Assembly: GCA_031288735.1 (NCBI GenBank)
Contig: JAITQU010000095.1
Location: forward strand, 1 to 34,009
Reading direction: 5' to 3'
DNA length: 34,009 nt
Source of the DNA: Christensenellaceae bacterium
GTDB lineage: Bacteria; Bacillota; Clostridia; Christensenellales; DTU072
The translations under genes and the position numbers were made by a program. The notes under the pieces were generated by a model. It had not been told where the DNA came from. It searched no databases and saw only the letters and a list, made by a program, of their open reading frames with translations. Of this stretch, positions 10,432 to 21,543 are shown one piece after another (within the stretch, counting starts at the first letter, position 1; each line of letters opens with the position of its first letter).

Positions 10432-11325
10432 ATGAAAAAAGGCAAGTTCTATGCTGTAAGGAAGGGACATCAAAAAGGAATATTCTACAAATGGGAGGAT
10501 TGCCTAAATGCCACGAACGGCTTTTCGGGTGCTGAGTACAAGTCGTTTGTCACCGAGGAAGAGGCTGACGCTTTCCTTAATTATGTTGATAATGTTGATG
10601 AAAGTAATCGAAAATTTTATGCTGTAAAAAAAGGCATTCACAGAGGTGTATTCAAAACTTGGCCCGAATGTCAGCTAGCAATAAAAGGATATCTGCATCC
10701 TGAATACAAGTCGTTTAAAACCGAGATTGCTGCCAAAGCTTATTTGACAGGTAAGGATTTTATCTTCGAAAACGATATTTTTCCCAGGCTAAGTCTTGGA
10801 AAAATTTGTATCTATACTGATGGCAGTTTTGATAATGTAACTTTCTTTTACAGCTATGGTGCTGTTATTGTATTAAGTGACTCTGATACGATTGAATTGT
10901 GTGGCAAAGGAAATAATAATGAATTCCTAACGTCTAGGAATATAGCAGGTGAGGCTTTTGGTGTTATTGTAGCATTATGGTGGGCAATAAAAAACAAATA
11001 TGATAAAGTAAGCATCTTTCATGAATGTCCTAATCTAAGACAGTGGGCATCGGCGGAGTGGAGTGCTAAAACACCATTATCACTATATTTTCAAAATTTT
11101 ATCTGCCAGCTTAAAGACATAATTGACATCGAATTTGTTGAAACTAAAGGGCATTCAGATAACAAATATAATGAGATTGCTCATAATCTTAGTAGGTATG
11201 CATTCATAGAAGAAACGGATGATGTCTTAAGAGATAGTGATGGCTTTGGTATTAATGACATAAACGAAAATGAGCTTAAAGTATTACTAGAGGAGCTAAA
11301 AAAGAGCAAGCTTAGAAGTAAATAA
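10432..11325 (+). CDS. rnhA: Ribonuclease HI with two N-terminal hybrid-binding (viroplasmin/Cauli_VI) domains
   Basis: KFYAVRKG..W..C..F.GAEYKSF occurs twice in variant form, followed by an RNase H fold with YTDGS, RNIAGE and KGHS..YNE. Confidence 0.85.
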   Translation: MKKGKFYAVRKGHQKGIFYKWEDCLNATNGFSGAEYKSFVTEEEADAFLNYVDNVDESNRKFYAVKKGIHRGVFKTWPECQLAIKGYLHPEYKSFKTEIAAKAYLTGKDFIFENDIFPRLSLGKICIYTDGSFDNVTFFYSYGAVIVLSDSDTIELCGKGNNNEFLTSRNIAGEAFGVIVALWWAIKNKYDKVSIFHECPNLRQWASAEWSAKTPLSLYFQNFICQLKDIIDIEFVETKGHSDNKYNEIAHNLSRYAFIEETDDVLRDSDGFGINDINENELKVLLEELKKSKLRSK

Positions 11326-11345
11326 GAACTAGAAAGATCTAGTAA

Positions 11346-11374
11346 TTGACTACAAACTGTATTAATGATAATAT
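11346..11374 (+). promoter_or_regulatory. Candidate sigma-A promoter for parE
   Basis: TTGACT, 17 nt, TAATAT with TGn. The AT-rich context weakens the call. Confidence 0.4.
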
Positions 11375-11487
11375 TAGGTAAATGGAATTACCTTTTAAAA
11401 GGGTTTAAAAAAACAGCTTTCGTTTTTTAGAACTAGCTAGTTTACACAAAGCTTTTAGGCGATGTAGATTGGCATAAAGGAGCAAAA

Positions 11488-13449
11488 ATGGCAGAAAAAT
11501 ATGATGCGCAAAATATCATAGTACTAGAGGGCCTAGAGGCTGTTCGTCTTAGACCTGGTATGTACATAGGCACAACTGGTGCAAAAGGACTCCATCATAT
11601 TTTGTGGGAAATTGTTGACAATGCAATGGACGAGGCCGCAAATGGGTATGCTGACACAATCAACGTTGTTATTTATGAGGATAATTCTGTATCCGTTGAG
11701 GATAACGGTCGTGGCATACCAGTCGATATAAACAAAAAACACAAAAAAACAGGAGTGGAATTAGTTTTTACTATTCTACATGCTGGTGGCAAGTTTGATA
11801 ATGCCGAATACAAATTTAGTGGTGGATTACATGGAGTAGGTGCTTCTGTAACCAATGCGCTGTCGGAATGGCTAAATGTTGATATTTATAAGGATGGAGA
11901 GGAGTATCGAATAGAATTTCATAGTCCACGCGTGGGCAAGAAAATTAAAAGTGGTGTTTTGAAAACGCCACTCCATAACGTTAAAAAAACCAAAAAACGT
12001 GGAACGAAGGTTACATTTATGCCTGACAGGGATGTTTTTGTCAACGAAGTCTTGAGTTTTGCAACTGTTAGGCAACGACTTAGAGAGCTAGCATTCTTAA
12101 ATAAGGGAATCACCTTGTGTCTAGAGGATAAACGAGCCTTAGATGAGAATGGAAAACCCAAAAAAGTTGAATTCTATTTCAAGGGTGGATTGGTAGATTT
12201 TGTAAATCATATTAACGAGGCAAAAACAAAGCAATCACCAAAGGTTATCTACCTTGATGGAAAAACCGAAAATTTCGAATTAGAGGTTGCTGTACAATAC
12301 ACAACAAACTATGGTGAGACAATAATATCATACGTTAATAACATACCCACAACAGAGGGTGGAACGCATGAGACAGGCTTTAAATCAGCAATGACAAAAT
12401 GTTTAAATGAATATGCCAGAAAAAACAATCTACTAAAGGCTAAGGATGCCAATGTCATAGGTGATGATTATCGTGACGGCATGACTGCAATTGTAAGTAT
12501 ACGAATGCAAAATATCCAATTCGAAGGACAAACCAAGACCAAATTAGGGAATCCTGAGGTTAAGGGTATTGTTGAAAGTATAGTGTCAGAGCGACTAGAT
12601 TTGTTTCTAAATGATAGTAGAAATAAGGATATTGCAAATTTGATAGTCAAAGCGGGGATAAATGCAAGCAAGGTAAGAGAGGCTGAAAAGCGGGCCAAGG
12701 ATGCACAAAGACAAAAAAACGCTATGACCGGGTCGGTTCTTGTAGGGAAATTTAGTGCATGCTCTGGCAAGAATGCTGATATCAATGAACTCTTTATTGT
12801 TGAAGGTGACTCAGCAGGTGGTTCTGCAAAGCAGGGACGTGATAGAAGCTTTCAGGCTGTACTTCCATTACGCGGAAAGCCTATAAATGCTGAAAAAAAG
12901 CGAAAGGAGCAAATAATTGCAAATGAAGAGATCCGCACGATTATTTATGCGCTTGGCACTGACTATGATAAGGAATTTAGCATATCGGAATTGAAATATG
13001 ATAAAGTTATCATCCTTGCAGATGCTGATCAAGATGGAGCACACATTCGTGCAATTTTATTAACGTTTTTCTACCGCTATATGCGTCAGCTTCTATGTGA
13101 TGGCCATGTATATATAGGCATGCCGCCTCTTTACAAGGTAGAGAAAAAAGGCGTATCGCGTTATGCATACGATGATATTGAGCTTGAAAAAATGATAACT
13201 GAATTGAAATCTGGTTATTCATTGCAACGATATAAAGGATTAGGTGAGATGAATCCAGAGCAATTATGGGATACAACACTAGACCCTAAAAAACGCACGT
13301 TACTACGAGTGACTGTAGATGATGCGGCGGAGGCCGACCTTATTATTTCAACTCTTATGGGCGATGATGTCGAGATGCGAAAAGCATATATAAATGAAAA
13401 CGCAAACTTTAACAAACTTGATCTTTTTGCTGAAAAATTTAGTAGTTAA
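11488..13449 (+). CDS. parE: Type IIA topoisomerase B subunit (probably topoisomerase IV ParE)
   Basis: LEAVRLRPGMYIG, EIVDNA, GGLHGVG, EGDSAGGS, PLRGK, DADQDG and YKGLGEM motifs; AAGGAG RBS. ParE rather than GyrB is inferred from the partner subunit. Confidence 0.78.
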   Translation: MAEKYDAQNIIVLEGLEAVRLRPGMYIGTTGAKGLHHILWEIVDNAMDEAANGYADTINVVIYEDNSVSVEDNGRGIPVDINKKHKKTGVELVFTILHAGGKFDNAEYKFSGGLHGVGASVTNALSEWLNVDIYKDGEEYRIEFHSPRVGKKIKSGVLKTPLHNVKKTKKRGTKVTFMPDRDVFVNEVLSFATVRQRLRELAFLNKGITLCLEDKRALDENGKPKKVEFYFKGGLVDFVNHINEAKTKQSPKVIYLDGKTENFELEVAVQYTTNYGETIISYVNNIPTTEGGTHETGFKSAMTKCLNEYARKNNLLKAKDANVIGDDYRDGMTAIVSIRMQNIQFEGQTKTKLGNPEVKGIVESIVSERLDLFLNDSRNKDIANLIVKAGINASKVREAEKRAKDAQRQKNAMTGSVLVGKFSACSGKNADINELFIVEGDSAGGSAKQGRDRSFQAVLPLRGKPINAEKKRKEQIIANEEIRTIIYALGTDYDKEFSISELKYDKVIILADADQDGAHIRAILLTFFYRYMRQLLCDGHVYIGMPPLYKVEKKGVSRYAYDDIELEKMITELKSGYSLQRYKGLGEMNPEQLWDTTLDPKKRTLLRVTVDDAAEADLIISTLMGDDVEMRKAYINENANFNKLDLFAEKFSS

Positions 13450-13578
13450 GCTCATCTTTCATATTAATTCAATTTTTGATTCATTGAAAAGCCATAAAAA
13501 CAAAATAGGAACAAAGGCTTACTTTTAAAAAAATCCTTAAGTTAAAAGACGGATAATAATTCAATTAATACACAATTT

Positions 13579-13779
13579 GTTAATGTTCACACCACAACTG
13601 AATTAATAATAATGTTGATAAAGGCAAGGCGCATTTATTAAATTGCCATTTAAAAGAGCTTTTTTAAATATGAAACGACTATTGCTGTGTCGTTCCCGCT
13701 AAAGTGCTGATCTTTTTAACAAATATCATGCAAAGGATGGACATGGACCATGTTTTCCATATGGGGTGTGAACAGTAAC
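13579..13779. mobile_element. MITE-like element, copy 2, with 8-bp target-site duplication
   Basis: TIRs GTTAATGTTCACACC / GGTGTGAACAGTAAC (14/15). CACAATTT is duplicated at 13571-13578 and 13780-13787. Confidence 0.85.
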
Positions 13780-13880
13780 CACAATTTATAAAACAAACAC
13801 AAAGGAATGCTAATGCTGTGATTTAGACCTTATATTGTGCTACAATATAGTTAGTTTAGTTTAAAGAGGATCAACTTATT

Positions 13881-14357
13881 ATGGAGTCGTTAATTGCAGG
13901 CTTTGCACAAGCTCGATATAACTTAATGGATCAGAATGGAGAGCCATTAGTTAAATTAAACAAAATCATAAATTGGGACGTTTTTAGAGAGATTATTGAA
14001 AAGGCAATACATAGAGAAACAACTAATGTAGGTAGGCCACCATACGACTCACTATTAATGTTTAAAATTATTAATCTTCAGAAGTGGTATACACTCTCAG
14101 ATGCTGGTGCACAGAATGCAATATGCAACCGTTTGGATTTCACTCGCTTTTTAGGACTAGATATTCACGATAAAATACCTGATGCTGCAACAATATGGGA
14201 GTTTAAAAAAACACTTAAAGCACTTGGTGTCTATGATGAGTTGTTTGATATGCTTGATAAAATGATAAAGGAAGCCGGCATCGTTGCACATAAAGGTTGT
14301 ATAGTGGATGCAACGTTTGTAATGATTCCTAAAAGACAAAGTAAGAAAAAAATTTAA
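13881..14357 (+). pseudogene. Truncated IS5-family transposase (DUF772-type N-terminus)
   Basis: PLVKLNKIINWD, GRPPYD.LLMFK, LSD, PDAATIW and IVDATFV (first DDE Asp). The ORF ends just afterwards, so the rest of the DDE domain is missing. Confidence 0.85.
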
Positions 14358-14552
14358 AACTACATTGGATCAAGATTTGAGTTGAAACTATATAAATGAA
14401 AATGAATACATAAACTTAATGCACAAACTAAATAGATTTCTTCTCAGTTAAACAAAATTTTATTTTTTTAGTTCGCATATTTTAGTCAATCTTAGTGGGT
14501 GCTAGGTTTAGCACTCCGATATAAAAAAGCCAAAACTGGAGGATGCTTGTTC

Positions 14553-17027
14553 GTGGCTAAACCTAAATCATCCGATGCGCCATTGGATTTTAAAGAAAAT
14601 ATTATTGAAAGACCGATAGAGAGAGTACTCCCTGATGCAATGATGCCATACAGCGAGTACATCATTCTTGATAGGGCACTCCCACGTGTTGAGGATGGCT
14701 TAAAACCAGTTCAAAGACGAATTCTTTACGCAATGAATGATATGCACATGCGTCCTGATACGCCATATAAAAAATCAGCTCGTGTTGTAGGTGAATGTCT
14801 AGGTAAATATCATCCACATGGAGATTCGTCTGTTTATGATGCGATGGTTAGAATGGCACAGGATTTCAATATGCGTATGCCTCTTGTAGATGGGCATGGC
14901 AATTTTGGATCAATTGATGGTGATTCGGCCGCTGCCATGCGATATACAGAAGTGCGTCTTGAAAAGTTAGCAATGGAGCTTCTTCGAGATCTTGACAAAG
15001 ATACTGTAAAGTGGAATAAAAATTTTGATGACACACTTGATGAACCTGATGTATTGCCAGGTAGATTTCCAAACCTATTAGTTAACGGTGCGACAGGGAT
15101 AGCGATAGGTCTTGCAACAAATATACCACCACATAATTTAACTGAGGTAATTGATGGTTGCGTAGCAATGATAGAAAATCCTAAAATTACACTTGAGGAA
15201 ATGGTAACTATTATTAAGGGCCCAGATTTTCCTACAGGCGCCTACATGTTAAACAATGAATCCATTCTTGAAACATATCAAACTGGCCGTGGGCGTGTAA
15301 GATTGCGGGCTAAGACAACTATAGAAAATGTTGATGGTGGGAAACAGGACATAGTAGTGACTGAAATACCATATAATGTCAATAAAGAGTCTTTGCAAAA
15401 AAGAATATTTGATTTAAAGGAAACACAGAAAGAAATATTAGGCGGGATTACCGATGTGGTTGACGAATCTGATCGCACTGGGATGAGAATTGTTATTCGA
15501 CTACGAAAGGGGGAAAATCCTGAAAAAATATTAGACTATTTGCTATCTAAAACTGATCTAGAGTGTAATTTTAATGTAAACATGGTTGCGATTGCTGATG
15601 GCAAGCCAAAGCAATTAGGTCTTATGGATATACTTAAATGTTATCTCGAATTCCAGCGCAAAATTATATACAAACGTAGCGAGCATGATATCAATATTGC
15701 AAGAAAACGTGCTCACATACTAGAGGGTTTTAAGAAAGTCATTCCTGATATTGATGAGGTAATACGCATAATACGGAGTTCGGATACTAGACCTGAGGCA
15801 AAGCAACGATTAATTGAAAGATTTGAGATCACCGCCGAGCAATCCGAAGCTATACTAGTATTGCAACTAGGTAACATCAACAAACTAGACGTTGGCAAGT
15901 TTGATAGGGAGTTAAAGGAGCTCAAGACGAGCATTAACAAACTATCAAAAATACTTTTATCAGAAAAAGAACAATTAAATGTCGTAAAGAACGAATTAAT
16001 TGAGATTAGAGACAGATTTCCATCACCTAGACAAACTACCATAGTGGGTACTTTTGAAGAAGTCGTTGAATCCAATAAGGCATTTAATCCTACAGTGCGC
16101 ATAACCAAGCGAGGAATAGTTTCAATTGATGCAAATGGTGGTATTAAATTCATGACCAGTAGGAGCTTTGCCGCTGGAGATAGAGGCGTGCTGGCTGGTG
16201 GAGCAGATGCAATATCGAGAGCGGTAGTAAAAATAGAGGTCGATAGCACAACTCTAATATTTGGTAATAAGGGAAATTGCTATAAGCCTGATTTTGAAAC
16301 TTTCAAGGAAAAACGATGGACTGATAGCGGCACACAACTTAAAAGTCTCTTCCTAGATGCTGTAAATACTGAAAAAGCAGTTTCGATCTTATCCTTTAAT
16401 GAAAATGAGGCATCTAGCAAAAAACTCTATTTCTACACTAAGTTTGGGCTAGTTAAGTCGATGTGGTTGAAAAATTGTATTGTTAATCGTGATGTTTATG
16501 ATGTGGTAGCTTTGCAGGATGGAGACGAAATCATTTCCGTCGAACTGGCACTAGAAGGGGCAACAATTATATTCGTAACTAGTGATGGATTAGCAGTAAA
16601 CACTGTGACTAATGAATATCCAATTCAAGGCAGGAGTGCTGGTGGAGTGGCGGGTGCTAAACTAAATAGTGGTGCGAGTGTGATATTTGCAGGTCAAATC
16701 TCGAATAATGCTACAAATGATGATCAAATGGAAGAAATAGCGGTTATTAGTTCAAAAGGATATGCTAAAAAAGTATCGGCAAAGGAGTTTGATTCAGTGC
16801 AACGTAATCGAAAAGGGGTAAAAATAATTGACCTACTTGAGACGGAATCAGTGGTGTTTGCAACAAAAATTACTCAACCATGTGAAATAGCTATTATAAC
16901 TCATGGAAATGAGCTTCAGGTTCTAGAAAGCGAACGAATACGTGTAGATAAGAGAGAAAGCAAAGGCCGTCCGACGTTGTATGGTATTAAATTTAAGAAA
17001 ATAATAAACCACGTAAACGAAATTTAA
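14553..17027 (+). CDS. parC: Type IIA topoisomerase A subunit (probably topoisomerase IV ParC)
   Basis: [27 protein letters not shown] and catalytic AAAMRYTE; pinwheel-like C-terminal domain with no canonical QxRGGxG GyrA box. GGAGG precedes GTG 14553. Confidence 0.78.
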   Translation: MAKPKSSDAPLDFKENIIERPIERVLPDAMMPYSEYIILDRALPRVEDGLKPVQRRILYAMNDMHMRPDTPYKKSARVVGECLGKYHPHGDSSVYDAMVRMAQDFNMRMPLVDGHGNFGSIDGDSAAAMRYTEVRLEKLAMELLRDLDKDTVKWNKNFDDTLDEPDVLPGRFPNLLVNGATGIAIGLATNIPPHNLTEVIDGCVAMIENPKITLEEMVTIIKGPDFPTGAYMLNNESILETYQTGRGRVRLRAKTTIENVDGGKQDIVVTEIPYNVNKESLQKRIFDLKETQKEILGGITDVVDESDRTGMRIVIRLRKGENPEKILDYLLSKTDLECNFNVNMVAIADGKPKQLGLMDILKCYLEFQRKIIYKRSEHDINIARKRAHILEGFKKVIPDIDEVIRIIRSSDTRPEAKQRLIERFEITAEQSEAILVLQLGNINKLDVGKFDRELKELKTSINKLSKILLSEKEQLNVVKNELIEIRDRFPSPRQTTIVGTFEEVVESNKAFNPTVRITKRGIVSIDANGGIKFMTSRSFAAGDRGVLAGGADAISRAVVKIEVDSTTLIFGNKGNCYKPDFETFKEKRWTDSGTQLKSLFLDAVNTEKAVSILSFNENEASSKKLYFYTKFGLVKSMWLKNCIVNRDVYDVVALQDGDEIISVELALEGATIIFVTSDGLAVNTVTNEYPIQGRSAGGVAGAKLNSGASVIFAGQISNNATNDDQMEEIAVISSKGYAKKVSAKEFDSVQRNRKGVKIIDLLETESVVFATKITQPCEIAIITHGNELQVLESERIRVDKRESKGRPTLYGIKFKKIINHVNEI

Positions 17028-17388
17028 ATTAGATACTAAGATTGCACTAGTCTAAAGCACCATCAAAACTAGCATTACTAAATCTATAAAGAGACTTGAG
17101 TTCCTTGTCTTCAGTTGATTAAAATGATAGTAGACTATTAATAAATATTTAATTTGTAGGGAAAAGAGATTAGTCTATTTAAAAAACTGAAACGAGATTT
17201 TACTTTTAAATGTATAAACTAAAAATAAAAAATATATGATTTAGTCTCAATTATTAATTAAAACTTAAAGAAAAAATCTAGCTTTTTTAAATAAACCAAT
17301 AGCTCATTAATATGGATTAAAATTGAGCATTTAAAAAATAGAAAAAGTTAGGAGAACTTTTGTAATTACATGGAGCAAAGAAAGAAAA

Positions 17389-18708
17389 ATGAATAAATTA
17401 GTGGCAATAGTTGGAAGACCTAATGTTGGGAAATCCACTTTTTTTAACAGAATGGTAGGACAGCGTTTAAGCATAGTAAATAACATACCTGGAGTGACGA
17501 GGGATAGATTATATGCAGACACCGAATGGTGTGGGCACGCTTTTACTATAATAGACACTGGCGGTATTGAGTCCATTCCAGATGATCAAATATCTAAGCA
17601 TGTAAAAAAACAGGCTGAAATTGCAATTGAAATGGCTGACGTTGTGCTGTTCATGGTTGATGGCAAAATAGGAATTACATCTGATGATTATGAAGTAGGT
17701 GAATATCTTAGAAAATCAAACAAACCAATAGTTTTAGTTGTAAACAAGATAGACGGACCAGATGATAGTGGAATTTATGATTTCTACTCGCTATGCTTAG
17801 GTAATCCATTTCCAATTTCTTCAGAGCATGGGAGAGGAATAGGTGATGTCTTAGATGCAATAACAGTGCATTTTGGGGCCAGAAGTGAAATTCAAGATAG
17901 TGATGAGAGTGCAATCTCAATTGCGGTTGTTGGGAGACCAAATGTCGGCAAATCGTCACTCGTAAATAAAATTTTAGGATATGAAAGGGTTATTGTAAGC
18001 GATATTAGCGGCACGACGCGGGATGCAATAGATACTCCCTTTACATTAAATGGAAAGCGATATGTCATCATTGATACTGCTGGAATACGAAAAAAGAGCA
18101 AGGTAGATGAAGATTTAGAGTATTATAGTGTTTTGCGTGCAATAGGTGCGATTAAGCGAGCGGACGTTGTCCTTATAGTAATTGATGCTAAGGAAAATAT
18201 CACTGAGCAGGATATAAAAATTTGTGGACTAAGTCACAATGAAAAAAAAGCCTCAGTTCTCGTCGTTAACAAATGGGATATAATAGAAAAAGATAACAAT
18301 ACAATGACAAGGTATGAAAAAAAGCTAAGCGAGGAGCTAAAATACATGAATTATCTTCGCAGTGTGTATGTTAGCGCATTGACAGGACAGCGTATTGGGA
18401 TGATTATAGAATCTGTAAATACTGTATTTGAAAATGCAACTCGTAGAATTGCAACAGGCATATTAAACGATGTAATAGGTGATGCGTTAGCTACAAATGA
18501 GCCACCACATAAAAACGGTGTAAAGCTCAAAATATATTACGCAACACATGTAGCAGTTAAGCCACCTACATTTGTTTTCTTTGTTAATGAACCAGAGATA
18601 CTCCATTTTTCATACAAGAGATATCTTGAAAATGCAATAAGGAAGGCATTCGAATTTTCAGGGACACCAATAAAGTTAATTTTTAGAAAAAACAGCGAAA
18701 ATCAATAA
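17389..18708 (+). CDS. der: Ribosome biogenesis GTPase Der/EngA
   Basis: Two GTPase domains (GRPNVGKS twice, DTGG/DTAG, NKID/NKWD) plus a KH-like tail. Confidence 0.98.
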   Translation: MNKLVAIVGRPNVGKSTFFNRMVGQRLSIVNNIPGVTRDRLYADTEWCGHAFTIIDTGGIESIPDDQISKHVKKQAEIAIEMADVVLFMVDGKIGITSDDYEVGEYLRKSNKPIVLVVNKIDGPDDSGIYDFYSLCLGNPFPISSEHGRGIGDVLDAITVHFGARSEIQDSDESAISIAVVGRPNVGKSSLVNKILGYERVIVSDISGTTRDAIDTPFTLNGKRYVIIDTAGIRKKSKVDEDLEYYSVLRAIGAIKRADVVLIVIDAKENITEQDIKICGLSHNEKKASVLVVNKWDIIEKDNNTMTRYEKKLSEELKYMNYLRSVYVSALTGQRIGMIIESVNTVFENATRRIATGILNDVIGDALATNEPPHKNGVKLKIYYATHVAVKPPTFVFFVNEPEILHFSYKRYLENAIRKAFEFSGTPIKLIFRKNSENQ

Positions 18709-18727
18709 TTAAATAAAGAGGTATAAG

Positions 18728-19984
18728 ATGTATATCAATCTATCTGAAAGTGAAAAAAAAGCATTACTTATTAAAGAGAGTGAAAGTCTTGAAAATTACA
18801 AGAGTAAAGGCCTAAAACTTGATATGTCGCGCGGAAAACCATGCAAAGAGCAGCTAGATTTATCTATGGGCCTATTAGATGTGTTGAATTCATCTAGTAG
18901 TTTAAATAAAGCACAGGATTACAGGAATTATGGCATTATTGATGGCATCAGCGAATTGAAAGATATTTTTTGTACCTTACTAGAGGTAGAGCAGTCTGAG
19001 CTAATAATTTGTGGCAACTCGAGCTTAAATATAATGTATGATACATTACAAAAAGCAATGCAGTTTGGGATACTAGGTAACAAACCACTTAATCAGCAAG
19101 GGAGCATCAAATGGTTGTGTCCAGTGCCTGGTTACGATAGGCATTTTGCAATTACTGAAGCGTTTGGCATTGAAATGATAAATGTTCCAATGAATTCAGA
19201 CGGCCCCGATATGGACATAATAGAAGAAAAAATTAAAGATCCAAGTGTAAAAGGCATCTGGTGCGTTCCTAAATATTCTAACCCACAGGGCATTGTATAT
19301 AGCGACTCAGTAGTCAAGCGTCTAGCTAAACTCAAGCCAGCTCAAAGCGATTTTCGTATTTACTGGGATAATGCATACATGATTCACTCCATTGTAGATG
19401 ATGATGTTAAACTACTAAATATACTTAAAGAGGCAAAGAAATTTGGTAATGAAGACATGATATATATTTTCGGATCAACTAGTAAGATTACTTTTGCTGG
19501 CGGAGGTGTTGCTTTTATTGCAAGCAGTGTTAAAAACATTTCTAGTCTCAAGGAAAAAATGTCTATCCAAACAATAGGATATGATAAAATCAATCAGTAT
19601 GCGCATTTTCTATATTTTAAAAAAGCTAATAACATATTAGAGCATATGAAAAAACATGCGGCAATAATTAGACCCAAATTTGAAGCTGTACTTGAAATAT
19701 TAAAAACGGAGTTAGCTAGCACTGGGATTGCAAATTGGAATATTCCCCAAGGTGGATATTTCATAAGCTGCGACTTGTTTAAAAACACCGCAAAACGCAC
19801 GATAGAACTAGCTAAAAGTGCTGGCGTGATATTCACTCCAGCTGGCAGTACATTTCCTTATATGCAAGATCCTAATGATTCAAATGTACGCATAGCTCCA
19901 ACCTTGCCACCAATTAGCGATCTTCCAATTGCAATGAAAGTGTTTTGTACTGCAGCTAAAATAGCGTATTTAGAGCAGAGCTAG
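18728..19984 (+). CDS. PLP-dependent class I/II aminotransferase (aspartate aminotransferase-like)
   Basis: LDMSRGKP, PGYDRHF, VPKYSNPQG, WDNAY, STSK (PLP lysine) and RIAPT motifs. Confidence 0.88.
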   Translation: MYINLSESEKKALLIKESESLENYKSKGLKLDMSRGKPCKEQLDLSMGLLDVLNSSSSLNKAQDYRNYGIIDGISELKDIFCTLLEVEQSELIICGNSSLNIMYDTLQKAMQFGILGNKPLNQQGSIKWLCPVPGYDRHFAITEAFGIEMINVPMNSDGPDMDIIEEKIKDPSVKGIWCVPKYSNPQGIVYSDSVVKRLAKLKPAQSDFRIYWDNAYMIHSIVDDDVKLLNILKEAKKFGNEDMIYIFGSTSKITFAGGGVAFIASSVKNISSLKEKMSIQTIGYDKINQYAHFLYFKKANNILEHMKKHAAIIRPKFEAVLEILKTELASTGIANWNIPQGGYFISCDLFKNTAKRTIELAKSAGVIFTPAGSTFPYMQDPNDSNVRIAPTLPPISDLPIAMKVFCTAAKIAYLEQS

Positions 19985-20508
19985 ATAACTAAAATATACT
20001 CTACTAGGATTTTAAGTATTTTTTCACGATACTAAAACCCTTATAAAATCGCATAGCTAAACGGCTAGTGGATTTGAGTAAAGCATAATAATTTATTAGT
20101 GTTTAATTTAAAATGTACCAATATTGTTTGATGAAAATTAAATCGATTATGTGCTCTAAAAGCAAGTTTTCATTTCTTAGATTATTAAAATTAATTAATT
20201 AATTAATACCACTAAAAACTTAAAAAACATGGTGCTTTTTAGAAGCATATTCAAAACTAAACTATGAATTTTTAGTCGATATAAAAACTAACAACATGGA
20301 GTATAAAGAATATCAGCTAAACAAAAATATATTTTAAAAAGGAGTGAAAAAGGTAAAAGCACAACATGTTTACTAGATGTGCTAAACTAGCTTTTTTTAA
20401 AAAATATAAATTTAGATATTTTAAAAGTTTCTAATTAAATAGTAAAGGTGCTTTTTACTATTTATTATAGTCGCTAGAAAATATTAATGATGAATAAAGG
20501 AGTCGTAT

Positions 20509-21543
20509 GTGAATATGGAAAGACACTCAGAGCTACAGGTCAATGAGCGTATCAAAGCTGATTATCTTGATTACGAAGATAAATTTTTATCACCACATGC
20601 AACCCGCAGTTCGAAAAGCTTAGGAAGACAAAATTTTCTAAGTCCATGTCCTCTTCGCACGGAATTTCAGCGCGACAGGGATAGAATTTTACACTGTAAA
20701 TCGTTTAGAAGACTTAAACACAAAACACAAGTCTTTTTGTCACCTAATGGTGACCATTATAGAACACGATTAACACACACACTTGAGGTTACGCAAATAG
20801 CGAGAACTCTATCACGAGCTTTAAGATTGAATGAGGATCTAACAGAGGCGATTGCTCTAGGACACGATCTAGGACATACTCCGTTTGGGCATGCTGGAGA
20901 AAAAGTTCTTAATAAATTGACTGGGCATTTCCGTCACAATGAGCAAAGCTTAAGAGTGGTAGAAAAATTAGAAAACGAAGGCAAGGGACTTAATTTAACA
21001 TTCGAAGTGCGAGATGGCATACTAAATCATTGTCTATCAACAACTCCAAATACACTCGAAGGAATGGTCGTTAATTTTTCAGATAGAATTGCATACATAA
21101 ATCACGATATAGATGATGCTATACGCGCAGGAGTAATTAAGGAATCAGATTTGCCACAAAACATTATTGAACTATTAGGAAACAAGCGTGGCAATATGAT
21201 TGATAAATTTGTGTCAGATATAGTCAATATGAGTTATGGAAATGATAAAGTAGTGCAGAGCGACCTATATAGAGATGCACTAATGCAACTAAGAAAATTC
21301 ATGTTTGATAGAGTTTATTTTTCAGAATCGGAGGCTAAGACTGAGGAAATAAAAGCGGATCGTTTAATAGAAGCTCTTTACAATTATTTTTTGATAAATC
21401 CACACGAAGTACCTGATGTATACAAAATACATGCAAAGGATACTGCTATATTCATAACTGACTACATTGCTGGGATGTCTGATACGTTTGCGATAAAAAC
21501 GTTTAGCGATCACTTTTTGCCACACGCATGGGAAGGTGTTTGA
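20509..21543 (+). CDS. dgt: Deoxyguanosinetriphosphate triphosphohydrolase (HD family)
   Basis: RTEFQRDRDRI, RRLKHKTQVF, RTRLTH, GHDLGHTPFGHAGE and DYIAGMSD motifs. Confidence 0.95.
   Translation: MNMERHSELQVNERIKADYLDYEDKFLSPHATRSSKSLGRQNFLSPCPLRTEFQRDRDRILHCKSFRRLKHKTQVFLSPNGDHYRTRLTHTLEVTQIARTLSRALRLNEDLTEAIALGHDLGHTPFGHAGEKVLNKLTGHFRHNEQSLRVVEKLENEGKGLNLTFEVRDGILNHCLSTTPNTLEGMVVNFSDRIAYINHDIDDAIRAGVIKESDLPQNIIELLGNKRGNMIDKFVSDIVNMSYGNDKVVQSDLYRDALMQLRKFMFDRVYFSESEAKTEEIKADRLIEALYNYFLINPHEVPDVYKIHAKDTAIFITDYIAGMSDTFAIKTFSDHFLPHAWEGV

Noticed and set aside
11488-17027. gyrB/gyrA assignment
   Set aside because: No canonical GyrA box and no dnaA/recF context, so parE/parC is preferred. Phylogeny is needed to be sure.
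19985-20508. Replication origin or hidden gene in the long AT-rich spacer, including the (TTAA)n run near 20190-20207
   Set aside because: I saw no DnaA boxes, no ORF and no convincing structure. The run is unremarkable at this AT content.
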